The notes below the pieces were generated by a model, which did not search any database, was not told where the DNA came from, and was given only the letters and a program-made list of their open reading frames with translations. Made by a program: the position numbers and the translations under genes. Positions 38,301 through 51,575 of a DNA stretch of 64,000 nucleotides are shown here, in pieces (position 1 is the first letter of the stretch; each line of letters starts with the position of its first letter). The DNA lies in the NCBI RefSeq assembly GCF_001194135.2, contig NC_068988.1, forward strand, positions 2,368,139 to 2,432,138, in the 5' to 3' direction. The stretch comes from Octopus bimaculoides (taxonomy: Eukaryota).

Positions 38301-39576
38301 TGGAGTACAGTTTGTTAATGTAAATAAACCTCCTTCCTTTTTCCCAGCAAGTCATTAAAGTGGCTCTGGAAAGGTTTATGGGTGCTATCCTTCTTTCCCT
38401 TATTCATGCCTTTGATGCCAACCCTCCTGGGACCATCTCTGGTTCTACAATACAGATTTTCTGTTTTAAAGTGATGTAAAAACCTTCCATTGCAATTTCA
38501 CATTAATTTATATTCCAAACATCAGCTTGTTTTTTTTTATTTTACTAAATTCTTTCTTATTTTCAAAGTTAATTGAAACAAAGTACTGTACTTCATTAGA
38601 AATATGGTAATGAAAAAGGTTAAGCCATAAGAAAATAATTTTATCTTCCACTGCAACAATAATAACAAAAGCAAATTTGTGAAATTGCTGTAATAAAACA
38701 TTTACATTCCCATTTTTTTACATTTGAAAAAAATTTTGTATACTATCTTTCTCATAGTATCTTTATGTCCAAAGTGTGAGGATGGGTGATATTGTTAAAA
38801 TACTAGTATGTAATTATTGTTAACCTACATAAAAATAGATTTAAAAAATCATATAAGAAATACATAAAACCTTGCTAAAAAATACAGAAGCTTTTCTTTT
38901 GTGTCTTTCATTCCCCACCACCCTTATAATGAAGAAACAGTTACTAGACTGCTATTTATAATGAAGGAAAGAAATAGAAAATAAAATATTTGCCATTTAA
39001 TGACAGTAAATCATAAAGACAGTTTTTGTGGAAGAAACATATGATATAGTTGATTGAATCAATCATAGTGTGTTATTGGTTATTACTTTATTGATCTTCA
39101 AATGATTCAGGATGAAATAGACTTACATGACTTTTGAATGTAACAAGATAAATTTATTACAATGAATTAGCTACCAGCAAACATTTAACCTGTCTCACAA
39201 CCATAACTGCCAACTCAATCATTTGTGATAAACAGAAAAAAAACTATAAACTTAAGATAAAACCAAAACTCAACAAAATTCTGTAGATCTTGCTGTTTGT
39301 TGTTCAGTTCCTAGCTAGTGTTTATTGAGCGGAATTATGGCTGTAGATGACTAATTTAAATACAAATTTCAGTCCAAGACTAATTTTCCCAGATGCATCT
39401 TACTTCTTATACCTAGAGAAGAACCATACTTTACTTTTCACACAAAAAAAAAAAGATATTGGAATGATTGCGATGTTGTAACAAAATGAGATGAAAAAAT
39501 TCTGTTTTTATCATTTTGGAAATTAGAGATTCTAAATGTGTTGTTTTGAACCTGACATAATATTATTGCAGTCTAT

Positions 39577-39650
39577 ATATTGTTATTGTACTTTAAATAT
39601 TGTCATTGTACTTTAAATATTGTTATTGTACTGTACATATTGTCATTATG
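39577..39650 (+). repeat. 20-bp minisatellite, about 3.7 copies
   Basis: Units ATATTGT(T/C)ATTGTACT(T/G)TA(A/C). Confidence 0.8.
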
Positions 39651-40019
39651 ACAATACCAATATGTTGGGTACAATAACATCTGGTGACCTCAGAGAAGGT
39701 TTGTAAGTTGTTGATGTTTAGTCTCAGGTGAGCTCTGTTAAACGAATGTATAATTAATTACTGTCAACAACACCGTTTTTCAAAAAAAGTGTTGGATATT
39801 GCATTTTTTTGGTACAATTTGTACTTTGAATAAACAATGAAGAACAAATTGTAACAGTGGTGGCTTTCTTGGTTGATAACATTTTTACATTTAAAAGCAT
39901 ATTTCTTATTGAACATGTGGAGATGGAGTATAATTGTGGCTAGAGTTTTCAATCATTGACAAAGCTACAGAGCTTGCATGCATGTGCATGCACACACGTG
40001 TATGCGTATGTGTGTGCGT

Positions 40020-40500
40020 GCATGCATGTGTGTGTGTGTTGAGATGACAATGGGAAAGTGATTGAAAGAGAATTGAAGGTTGTTTGTTATGTGACAGGTG
40101 TATGAAACAGAATATTATGACCGGAGAAGAGTTATCCTATTGATGAGGTAAGTCAGCTGCTCAGAGTATCTACATACTTCCCAAAGCAAGGTGCCTTACT
40201 TGAACAGAAGTCTCTTCTAATAATGGTATTTGGGAGGGTAGTGAACTGACAGAATCATTAGCACACCAGACGAAATGCTTAACAGTATTTCGTCTGCTGT
40301 TATGTTCTGAGTTCAAATCCCGCTGAGGTCGACTATACCTTTTATCTTTTTGTGGTCGATTAAATAAGTACCAGTTACACACTGGGCCAATATAATCGAC
40401 TTAATCCTTTTGTCTGTCATTGTTTGTCCCCTCTATGTTTAACCCCCCCACCCCCCACCGTGGGCAATAAAGAAATAAATAATGGTATTTGGAAATGCCT
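40020..40500 (+). repeat. Direct ~230-bp duplication, copy 1 (SINE-interrupted); copy 2 at ~43010-43235
   Basis: GATGACAATGGG...GACAGGTGTATGAAACAGAATATTATGAC(C/T)GGAGAAGAGTTATCCTATTGATGAGGTAA(G/A)TCAG...TATTTGGAAATG is shared by both loci. Confidence 0.85.
40234..40477 (+). mobile_element. SINE family A, full-length copy with exact 15-bp TSD
   Basis: TSD AATAATGGTATTTGG at 40219-33 and 40478-92; body matches 33664-33893. Confidence 0.85.
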
Positions 40501-43267
40501 TCCCCATGGAGTGAGACAAATTAGGTTAGTTGGTTGGTCAAGATTGAATACACAATATTAATTTTTTTTCATAGAAATGGAAGAAAAAGATGGAAATTTT
40601 ATGTGAATTTATTCATATCTCATCTAAGTTTATATTATCCAACAATTCCTTTCTTATTTGAAGACAGCAGAGAGTGATATGAAGATTTGTCTATTTTTTT
40701 CTGAAATGTCATGGAAACATAGTCTTCAATTCTTGACACAAGAATTTTGACATTTGTCCTAAATACAGGCATACAGTCTGAATCTATGATATAATTAAGA
40801 AGAGGACTATGTAGATTGAAGGTGGTGGGCAAGGATGTATTGTTATACTAGAGTGTTATTCATCACATACAAGATAACTTTAGAAGTATACTTTTACCAC
40901 AATGGCGTAATATAAGCAGATATGGCATTTCCACAATAATTATGATTTAATTTTCATCAAATTTCTTGGTGTTTATTCAAAAGGATGAAACGAATATCAT
41001 TCTGGAAAAAGAAAAAGAAGTGTTTAGTAAAATAAAATTAAACAAAACAATATTCAAAATGTAGAAAAAAATTGTAAAAACAAAGTTACTGTTGATTTTA
41101 TAATACAAATGTTCACACACACACACACATGCAATCTCTCTCATATATACATATATGTACATACATGCACACACACACACATACACACACATACACACAC
41201 TCACAAACACACACACATAGACACAGACACACACATACACGCACATTCTGTGTTAAAGGAAGGAATGGTCACTAGTGAAAATTCTGTAAATAATAATGGT
41301 AATTCACTAATTATAAGCCTAAAGCTTATAAGTGTTTTCGTTGTGTTGGCTAAAGAAAATAATTTAATATTGAAGCATACAAGCCTTCGATGGAAGAAAG
41401 TGAGAATTAGTATGCACTGCCAGCCCCCTCTGGCCCCTGTGCTGGTGGCACAAAAAAAAAAAAAACGCACCCACTACCCTCTCGGAGTGGTTGGCATTAG
41501 GAAGGNNNNNNNNNNTCCAGTTGTAGAAACATTGCCAGATCAGACTGGAACCTGGTGCAGCCTCCTGGCTTCCCAGACTCCAGTCGAACCGGCCAACCCA
41601 TGCCAGCATGGAAAATGGACGTTAAGCGATGGTGATGATGATGATGGGAATACTAATACTTACTTTCTTCCATCGAGAGCTTAAATGCCTCAATATTAGA
41701 CTGTTTTCTTCAGTCAACATAAGGTAAACGCTTATAACTTATAATTATTATTATTTACAAAATATGTGTGTGTGTGTGTGTTTGTGTACACCACAAGCCA
41801 GCTTGGAAAACAGATGTTAAAGGATGATGATGATGATTCTTTCTCCTCCTTCTCTTCTGTTTCTCTGACTTTTTCTCTCTCACAGTGTATGTGCAGCACC
41901 CAGTTACTCATTGCCCATCACCAAGCCTAGTATGTGCGCCCATTCTGTTCCTCTCAGTATTTGACTCTCTTAGTATCCCTCTTTTACCCTGTCATCACCT
42001 CTCTCTGTACAATGTGTGACTGGAGAAACCAACTAACAAACATTTACATCAGCCATTATTAAACAGAGATTTTAACACAGTGAACAGGTAGAATTATTGG
42101 TAGGCCAAACGAAATGTTTTGCAGCATTTTCTCTGTCTTTAAGTTCTGAGTTCAAATTCTGCTGGGGTTGACTTTGTCTTTCATCCTTTCAGGGCTAACG
42201 AAATAAGTACCAGTTAGACACTGGGCGTCAATGTAGTTGACTAAATCCCTCCCCACAAACTTCAGGTTTTGTACCTATAACAGAAAGCATTATTGAACAG
42301 AGGTCGTGAGGAATTGTCTGTTTTCATAATGATATGCAAAGAATTATTGTCAGTTTGTGACTTCAATAAGTCTTACAAACCCTATGAATTCTTGTTGTTC
42401 TTTGGCCCTGGGATTTTGGGTGGATGAAATGTGGGTTTCAGTTGTTATTGGTTTATGCTGTCTGTTTAGTAACAAGTAGGACTATATCATCCAGTGTTTC
42501 TTCCCTTTTCCAACTCAGTAGAATGTGAGTTGAGGGAGATTTAGTTCTTATTTCTAGCACTTCAGATGACCATGTGCAATCTCCATTATCGACCTGTTGA
42601 ATTGTTGATGTTACTAATTACTTTGCATAATGTTTTACTGCTTCACTTGTCGTTTATTCTGGATACAAATATTTGCCAGTTTTTCTGCTTTTCTCTGCTT
42701 CATTTTCTTTATTTCCTTGTTTCATTGTTTGATGCTAACTTTTATTTCCTTTGCATGTGGTGTTGGCGTTACATTTCAGCTTCTCCCTGGTAATTATCAT
42801 GTTGGCTATTTGCCCTGCAACATACACTTCTATTTTATCTTCTTTTTAGTTTTTGGAAATTTTTACTGATATTCCATTCAATGTCTGTACTGCAACATCT
42901 ATGTTGGTAATTGCAATGATGTGGGATTCTGCACGCCATAATCCTATCACTTGGACGAAACCGTTCCAAGGATCATCTTCAAAATCTGAAATTCTTTTTA
43001 TTCACATGTGCGTGCATGTGTGTGTGTGTTGTGATGACAATGGGCAAGTGACTGAAAGAGAGTTGAAGATTGTTTCTTATGTGATTGCAATGGACAGGTG
43101 TATGAAACAGAATATTATGACTGGAGAAGAGTTATCCTATTGATGAGGTAAATCAGATGCTCAGAATATCTACATACCTCCCAAAGCAGGATCTTTTGCT
43201 TGAACTGAAGTTGGTTCTAATTAGGATATTTGGAAATGGCTTAAAATGTTATTGATTCTCTTTATAA

Positions 43268-43300
<33 letters not shown>

Positions 43301-43938
43301 TTAACGTCCGCTCTCCATACTAGCATGGGTTGGGCGATTTGACTGAGGACTGGTGAACCAGATGGCTACACCAGGCCCCAATCTGGTTTGACAGAGCTTC
43401 TACAGCTGGATGCCCTTCCTAATGCCAACCACTCCGAGAGTATAGTGGGTGCTTTTATGTGCCACCTGCACGAAGGGCAGTCAGGCAGTACTGGCAACAG
43501 CCACGCTCAAAATGGTGTCTTTTAGGTGCCACCTGAGCCAGTCCAGCCAGCCCAGCCAGTCCAAAGCAACCATTCGAGCGTGATCGTTACCAGGGTCGCC
43601 TTCTGGCACTTGTGCTGGTGGCACGTTAGAAAATCATTCGAGCAAAGTCATTGCCAGTGCCGCTGGACTGGCTCATGTGCAGGTGGCATGTAAAAAACAC
43701 CATTTTGAGTGTGACCGTTGCCAGTACCGTGTGACGGGCCCTCGTACCGGTGGCAAGTAAAAGCACCCACTACACTCTCAGAGTGGCTGGCGTTAGGAAG
43801 GGCATCCAGCTGTAGAAACTGCCAGATCAGATTGGAGCCTGGTGCAGCCTTTTGGCTTGCCAGTCCTCAGTCAAATCGTCCAACCCATGCTAGCATGGAA
43901 AAAGGACGTTAAACGATGATGATGATGATGATGATGAT
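43268..43938. repeat. Head-to-head family C pair forming a ~250-bp-arm inverted repeat
   Basis: 43301-43547 is the reverse complement of 43662-43913; (CAT)n and (GAT)n tails point outward; 114-bp spacer made of internal subrepeats. Confidence 0.9.
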
Positions 43939-44585
43939 GTGTGTGTGTATGTATGTATATATATTGCAAAATGTTTTGCTAGAGTGCAAGTACTTACTTT
44001 CTTGTTTTGCAAAGTCAACTGAATAATTTATGTTCTCCAAAATGTTTTCAGACATTTTCTTGTTTAAATGAACAATGTTTACAAATAGCTAAAGGCCAGA
44101 AGAAGAGAAGATGCAGATGTCGTAGGTCCTTTTAAAATTGTGGAAATTATCAATCAACAAATGATTTTTCATTGCTTCAGACGACTGATTAGGAGTAACA
44201 CACATAAAAAATGACCAGCTAAGAGAGAGAGGAGAGAGTGGAAAGAAAAAGGGGAGAGAGAGGATAAGAGAGGGAGAGAGGGGGAAGAAAAAGTGGAAGA
44301 GAGGGAGAAGAGCGAGGGGGAGCAAGGAGAAGAGAGAGAGAGAAAGAGAGTGCAAAGTAACACGTTTGGTAGATGGCTTCTATTGAGAAGAGAAACCACG
44401 TACCAGGAGAAAAAAAGGGTTTGGTAGATGAAACAGTTGGCAGTTTGCTGATTACTCTTTGGGTACACATGACAATATGGGGAAATTGAGATGACAGCGG
44501 TCAAATAAGGGTATCACAGTTCCATAAAAAGAATGACTTTTAATCTGTTAGGATAATAATTCTGTATGTTTCAATTTTTAAGGGA

Positions 44586-45199
44586 TGTTGAATGGATGCT
44601 TCATCAATTCAGTTATGTAACATGGGTTTGGACCATCCTGTGTGATAATCAAGTTGGTTGCTCCTTTCCTTAACTATAACACACCTTTAGCACCTGTGTA
44701 TAAAGAGGCCACCTTGTGAAGTGGCCATGTTGGTTGCCCCCTTCCTGAATTGTAACATACTGTAGCAGTGATTCAAAACATAACTGCTAGACAACTGGTC
44801 AGGCACCATAACCAAACTACAATAGTTTCATGTTTCATGTGAGTGGTCAATTAAGCAACCAATCAGAGTCAAGCTGTGGCATGATGTTGTCTCCTAGAAT
44901 CTCTTTCTTGTACCCTATAGAAGACCCCTTTCGCACCAAACTCTATGCAGCATGTGGAGAGCAGCTGAGCAACATGGGCCTCCATTCCTGCCACGGTGAT
45001 GTCTGAAGACATTTGTGCAGACAACCAAAGACCTTTGTCACCATGAATATAACATAATTAATTTCATATGTGTTGGGTTGACTGTATACAGTTTTTTGTA
45101 ATTTCAGAGCAGTGTCTCTTTCTCAGTCCATAATTATTAATGTAATTAATTTAAATGGCCACACTGATTGTCTTTATGTGCAACAATAAATATTAAACA
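44586..45199 (+). mobile_element. Possible solo LTR
   Basis: Begins TGTTGAAT (or TGTAAC at 44616), ends ATTAAACA; contains CCAATCAG, a TATA-like motif and AATAAA near the 3' end; relatively GC-rich. No clean TSD. Confidence 0.3.
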
Positions 45200-45208
45200 A
45201 TGAAGCAT

Positions 45209-45655
45209 CAGTGTTAAGCAGTGTGTAATTATGAGCAGAATTAGATAAGTTGAAATATGTTTGTCACATATTTCAACTTCTAAAAGGCAAAAACACTGCA
45301 GTTACCATGGAGAATAAATCTCTCCTATGGTAAAAAAAAAAAAAGGTGTGAAAACACCCAGTTCATTTAGTGTTGGCATCTATTAGGAATCTTAGACATC
45401 GATGTTTCAATCTACTTGGCTCTCGTCACTGAGATGTACCTACTAGAGGAAACTCTGAACAAACTTATAAAGCTGTAGTTTTATATATAATTTAGTCAAC
45501 ACTGAATGAACCAGGTGTTTTCACACCTTTTTACCATAAAAGAGATTTATTCTCCGTGGTAACTACAGTGTATTTGCCTTTTAGCAGCTGAAATATGTTT
45601 GCCACATATTTCAACTTACCTAATTCTGCTCATACTTACACACTGCTTAGCGCTG
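45209..45655. mobile_element. MITE/fold-back element with ~165-bp TIRs
   Basis: 45209-45375 is the reverse complement of 45497-45655; ends CAGTG.../...CGCTG; each arm has an internal hairpin (G/T)TGAAATATGT-N5-ACATATTTCA(A/G)C; no clear TSD. Confidence 0.8.
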
Positions 45656-45710
45656 ACACTTTATTTGCCTCAGTTGGGCAATCTACTTGTACAATTCAGT
45701 TAACGTGTGG

Positions 45711-45975
45711 TCTGAATTATATATAAAGCCATGGCTTTATAAGTTCGTTCAGAGTTGCCTCTCTTAGTTACATCCTATTGACAAGAGCCAAATAGCTTGA
45801 AATATCGATATCTGAGATTCTTAATAGATGACAACACTGAATGAGTTGGGTGTTTTGAGACCCTTTTTTTTTTTATCATAAGAGAGATTTATTTTCCGTG
45901 GTAACTGCAATGTGTTTGCCTTTAGCAGTTGAAATATGTAATAAAAATATTTCAAGTTATCTAATTGAGCTCAAT
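45711..45975 (-). mobile_element. Truncated, oppositely oriented second copy of the same MITE
   Basis: 45711-45835 is the reverse complement of the MITE interior 45376-45496, followed by a TIR arm. Confidence 0.75.
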
Positions 45976-46398
45976 AAATACTAAATATTTTAAATGTTTG
46001 CAAGTTTTGCTTCTGTTATTATTGATGCACTCGACGAAATGTATCCACATTGCATCAACCCAATCACCAATGTGACAATACTTTTGGTTACAGTAAATAC
46101 CTGAATATAAAGTGGCCACCCTGCACGAAGAGAACATCTAACACATCTCACCCTACACCCCTGCAATGGTTTCAATGGGCATTCCAGCTGTGTGAGTGAT
46201 GGAACCAATTATTCATAGAATGATGGTCAAAACGGCTGAGTATTCCATAGGCCTTCCTATCTTGAATGGTATTCTCATTTGTATTTTTGACACAACAGGT
46301 TAGGGTTTGAGGAAGAAATGGTTGTTATTTTTAGCAGATCAAAAGACAATGTGAGGGTTTCTTACTTTTATCATAATTATTTTTGTTACTCTTGTGTG

Positions 46399-46430
<32 letters not shown>

Positions 46431-47337
46431 AGTCGAGAGCCAAGACCATTGCAGCTGTTAGAGCTTTCATCAGAAGATGATGTCAGTTATTTCAGATTTC
46501 CTGTGTTGCTTTTGTTGTATTTTTCTGGGAGGTTTTTGAGTGCTGTTTTTTCCTATTTCTATGTGTGTTGAGAATATTTGTAGCTTTTCTATATTTTTAG
46601 CTTTGTGCAAAGCTATCACCTGAAGCTCTATGTTGTTGTGTACGATGATTCCTTTGCTCACCTATATTGACTCTCCATTGTTCAACAAGTGTCTTAACCA
46701 TGAAGATACCACATTATTTTCCTGGCCTAATGTATTTAGAATGCCATATACCATGTGGGCTTCCTTTTTATGCTTCAAGAAAGAATTGACTGATAATTCT
46801 AATGTTGCAATTCCTTTATGTACCATTAAGTGGATCCCTAATAAATCTCTTCCAGAATGAAAGGGATTCACACCCGTCACTGGTAGCTTACAAAATAACT
46901 TGTCACTTCCACAGTTCTACCGCTCCCTGCTTCAAGAAATCATTTCTCACTTTGTACTATGTAAGGGCCAGCTGTTAATAATTCAGTTAATTTCGTCTGT
47001 CTTTGTGTTCTGAGTTCAAATTCCACCAGATTTGACTTTGCCTTTCATGGTTTCAGGGTCGATAAAATAAGTACCTGTTGAATACTGGGGGCCAACATCA
47101 TTGAATTGCACCCTTCCCTGAGACTCTTGACCTCGTACCAAAATTTGAAGCCAGCAATTAAGTGAGGACATAGACTGCTTCTGTGGTTAAGAAGTTTGCT
47201 TCCTAACCACAAAGTTTCAAATGCAGACAGTAATTTGAACACAGAATGTTAGGACAGACCAAAAGGTGCTAAGCATTTCACCTGACATGGTAACAATTCT
47301 GCCAGTTTGTCACCTTAACAACAACAACAACAACAAT

Positions 47338-47406
<69 letters not shown>

Positions 47407-48559
47407 AATAATAAGCAAGTGAAAATGTCTTTGACCAAAACCTTATGAGTAGATTTGGAAGACAGAAACTGAATGAAGCTTTTTGTATATATCATCTTCA
47501 TCATCATCCTCATCATTTAACAACCACTTTTCCATGCTTACATGAGTAAGACAGAGTTTATCTGAGGCAAACATTCACCTGTTTCTTGGTAAGGTTGTAT
47601 TTCCAGTGGCCAGACATATTCTCTTTGTCTTGATATCGTGTGATAATCGTAAACAGTTGTCAGTCACTGCCATACAAGCAGAGTCATTAATTTCCAATGT
47701 TCTGCTGAAACATGACCAGCCCTGGGGAAATATTACCTTGTTCAGAAACAGGTGAGGGTTAGTGACAGGAAGGGCATCCAGCTGTAGAAAAAAAAAATCT
47801 ACCTCAATAAACTCTGTCAGACCCGTGCAAGTACGGGAAGCTAAATACTAAATGATGATGATGACAATGATGATGATAGTTATAATGATGTTGGTGGTGG
47901 TGGTGCTGCTGCTGCTGCTTCTGATGTTTTGGTCATGAACAACATGCAACATTATATTAGCTGGTTGTTCAGAACCTCTTAACTCAACCTATTTTTTTTG
48001 CTTTTTAATTAATGAAACAAAAACATAACCCTCTAAACCATAAGTCAAGAAGACACCATGCTCTGATAAACTTAGAGAGGATGCACAACTGACAAAGGAA
48101 CCAAAACAGATCTAAGCTACTGCTCAAAGACGTAAAATAAAGTACAAAAGCAGAGGTTTTGTACAAAAACATAAAACAATAACCAAAAATTAGTCATATT
48201 ATCTGCTTGGCCATTCTAATTTCAGGTTGACTCTCTGTTGCAAAGAAATAACTAACTCTGCATCATTTTTATTTGGCAATAACAATTGAATATTCGCCTA
48301 TCTTGTTGACCTTTTTGTCATAAAATGTTGTAATATATCTAAATTAAAGTCTGTTTATTTGTTCCTAGACATTAATATCTCACCTTTTAAGTACAGTCTT
48401 CCCACCTCCGGAAAAAAACCCAACCCTCTCGGGACAAATAGACGTGTTTGAAGGTCTCGAGTTGATTGAATTTGCACTCGATAATGAATTTGACATCTCA
48501 TACTTTTTGATTGATGGTTGCCAAAGGCAAACTCAGGAATGACAGAGATAATAATAATA

Positions 48560-48596
<37 letters not shown>

Positions 48597-48597
48597 T

Positions 48598-48630
<33 letters not shown>

Positions 48631-48737
48631 AATAATAATGATAATGACGGTGGTGATGATGATGATGATGATGATGAGGGTAATAATATTTATAACCACA
48701 TCAACAGCAATGACAACAACAATAATAATAATAAAAA

Positions 48738-49036
48738 TAGAGATATGACAGGTTAGCCTGGGAGGTTTAAGCAGTTGTGGTCGCTGAAAAAAGGTAGCAA
48801 TAGTACCAATAATTGTCGGATCCCTGGGAACAGTGAGCAAAAATCTCGAGAAGTATGTGGAACAAATAGGGGCTGCTATAAGGGTGGAGCACTTGCAGAA
48901 AACAGCACTGCTTGGAACCGCTCGAATACTCTGGAAGGTGCTCGAAAAGTAAGAGGTGTTTACCTTAGTTCACTGGTTGTGAACAGCTGGCGTCGTAGTA
49001 CATCTCCAGCGTTAGAAGCTGTGCAAAGGCAATGAC
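48738..49036 (+). mobile_element. 5'-truncated R4/Dong-like non-LTR retrotransposon embedded in (AAT)n
   Basis: With small frameshifts it reads YDRLAWEV-QLWSLKKVAIVPIIVGSLGTVSKNLEKYVEQIGAAIRVEHLQKTALLGTARILWKVLEK* (stop 48950-52), the typical R4/Dong C-terminus. (AAT)n lies on both sides. Confidence 0.8.
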
Positions 49037-49096
<60 letters not shown>

Positions 49097-49989
49097 AAGA
49101 AGAAAAAGAAGAAGAAGAAGAAACACAAAAGAGAACCCTGGGAAGGTTCAGCATTAATAGGCTATGAAAAATATCCAGTGATGACAATTAAAAACACAGA
49201 TCAAATAAATTAAAAGATTAAAATGTTGAAGGATAACAAAATAATCTTTGTTAAATCAATTAATTTTACTATCTGTAATTAACTTATTCTAAATGTTAAT
49301 AATGGTTGGCAGTCTGGTACCATGGGTAAATTAAGTATTGGAGAACTGTTCTTACAAATACCAAATTGATTTAATTCCTGCTGCTGAATAAAAATATGAG
49401 AAACAATACAAATAAAGGAACCGTTTTATTCAGTCGAAAGGGAATCAAAACTATGTCCTTTGAATGTAATGCTTCAAAGAACGAATATGAAAAGAGGAAA
49501 ACTGAACAACACAAGAAATAATGACCAGGTATAGTATGAAAATCATGGAAACTTATATAAAGGAGTAGGCGATACGTCTGTAGCATTGCAAATAAAAGGG
49601 AAAAGGCATAAATGAACTCAAGTGGAATACGTTTTGATGCAACGTGCATATTTTACAGCCATATGTTGTTATACAAAAACGAAAACAAAAATGAATACTA
49701 TGATACTATCCTTCTATATATTCTGGAGAGAGATCTATTGCCCAGATCTAGCCTCAAGACTAACAAATATGTGCAATGCAGAAAATTTACTATTAAATGT
49801 TGAACGCATATATTGGCATAATGCATAGAGAACTGTCGTCAATATAATAGAAAGCACTTAGCTGAAACACTGCACCAATTTTCCCTCTAAGCTGTGTGCT
49901 GCATGTGCATGTGTATACACCTTTTACAATTAGGAAGAGAAAAAATGTGCACCCACAAGGTTTACAAGATGAAATAAGATGATTTTAAT

Positions 49990-50560
49990 TAAAGAAATTT
50001 GAGTGATGGTTACTCTTTTAGAAGCACGCATAACTTTTTCATTTTGCATGTGCAGTTTGAGGTCATTGGTCACCCTAATTTTAGCAATCTCATAGCTAGG
50101 CCTGCATTTGCTCAGCATCCTTGTCAAAAGGATTAATACAGTGATGTAATATAATGGAGAATGTGAGTCTCCACGAAACATATCCCTGCAGATTTTTCCA
50201 CTTCCTTTTGATTTATTTCCACATGTTAGTTTTACTTCCAATGATCAGGGTTTTTTCTAAAAAAAATCGCTTAATATTCTCATTGTCTCCGAAGTCTTCT
50301 GGAACTCCAAGAGTCAACACAGAGGGACATTATCACACACTATCTTGTGGTCTATCAGACTAACAGTTAAGTTCTCCTTCTTCATGCCACACTTGGTATT
50401 CTAACATCAATATACAACAAATGAGCAGTTCCTCTTCTTCGCTTCTTTCATCATCTGTTTTGCTCATTCTCCAGAAAGATATAAAAACCATTTGCAAAAC
50501 ACAGATAGAGAGCAACATTGAATGAGTGTTGAGAACGCCAAGAACTGAGTCTAAAGTCCT
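49990..50560 (-). mobile_element. Decayed reverse-transcriptase fragment, R4/Dong-like
   Basis: Minus frames EQNR**KKRRRGTAHLLYID, NLTVSLIDHKIVCDNVP, ICRDMFRGDSHSPL and TNDLKLHMQNEK match the RT motifs (EQKGC..GT.DQLLID; WIDYKKAYD-VP; GIFQGDSLSPL; YMDDLKLY). Confidence 0.65.
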
Positions 50561-51139
50561 ACAGCAGACTCTCACTGAGACCGTTTCACTATAACTCTAC
50601 AGTTCAGAAAAAGCATGGACATCACAACATCTCTCATAAAGCATATGATCTTTTACTGAAGACAAAGAAACCATTATTACAGGAATATAGATATAATAGG
50701 TTCAGATGTTCCTATGGCAACTTATTCTCAAAATAGTAAATAATAAAATACAGCCACATTTCTGTGGAAGAGGGTCACTTGTTATGATTCACATTCAATA
50801 AAACTTTCTTTCGTTCTCAAGCCTGTCATCGATTTAACATTTCCTTTTATCTAACTGGCAGGTATTGGACAGGGCTACAGCACGGCAACTACCCATTTAT
50901 CATTACTGCATCATTTCAGCTGAGAGGTGTAACAGTCTAAGCTCTAGTTTATCAAACTCATCCAAAATTTCCTTCACCTCCCTTAATTATTTTTATAACA
51001 TCGAAGGAATCTTCTGTCACTCGTATTATCAATGTTGTTTATTCATTCCCACGTCAAGGTATCTTATTCAAAAAAAAGAGTCTCTTCAAAATTCCTCGTA
51101 AAGAAATTTGTCACTTTCTTACATAATGACTTCCAATTT

Positions 51140-51575
51140 CAGCACAAGGCCAGTAATTTTGAAGAGAAATATAACAGAATCAACCCCAAGTACATGACTG
51201 GTACTTTGTCTTATTGAGCTTGAAAGGATAAAAGGCAAAAGCTAACTATGGTTGGAGTGGAACTGAGATTGTAAAAAGGAGGGAAAAATATCATAAGGTA
51301 TTTTTTTTTCCAGTGCTTTAATGGTTTTGCTAGCTTACTGCCTTATAACCTGACTTAATAATGGGCATTTCTAGAATGGTGGGCTGACAGTATTGTCAGC
51401 ATGCTGAACAAAATACTTAGTGGCATTTTGCCCATCTCTACATTCTGAGTTCACATTCTGTCAGTCGATTTTGCCTTTCACCCTTGCAGGGTTGATAAAA
51501 TAAGTACAAGTTGAACACTGGGATTAATCTAATCAATTTAATCCATCCCCAAAATTCCTAGCCCTGTGCCAAAAA
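51140..51575. mobile_element. Head-to-head pair of old SINE family A copies
   Basis: Minus copy ~51140-51345 and plus copy ~51378-51575, about 30 bp apart. Confidence 0.6.
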
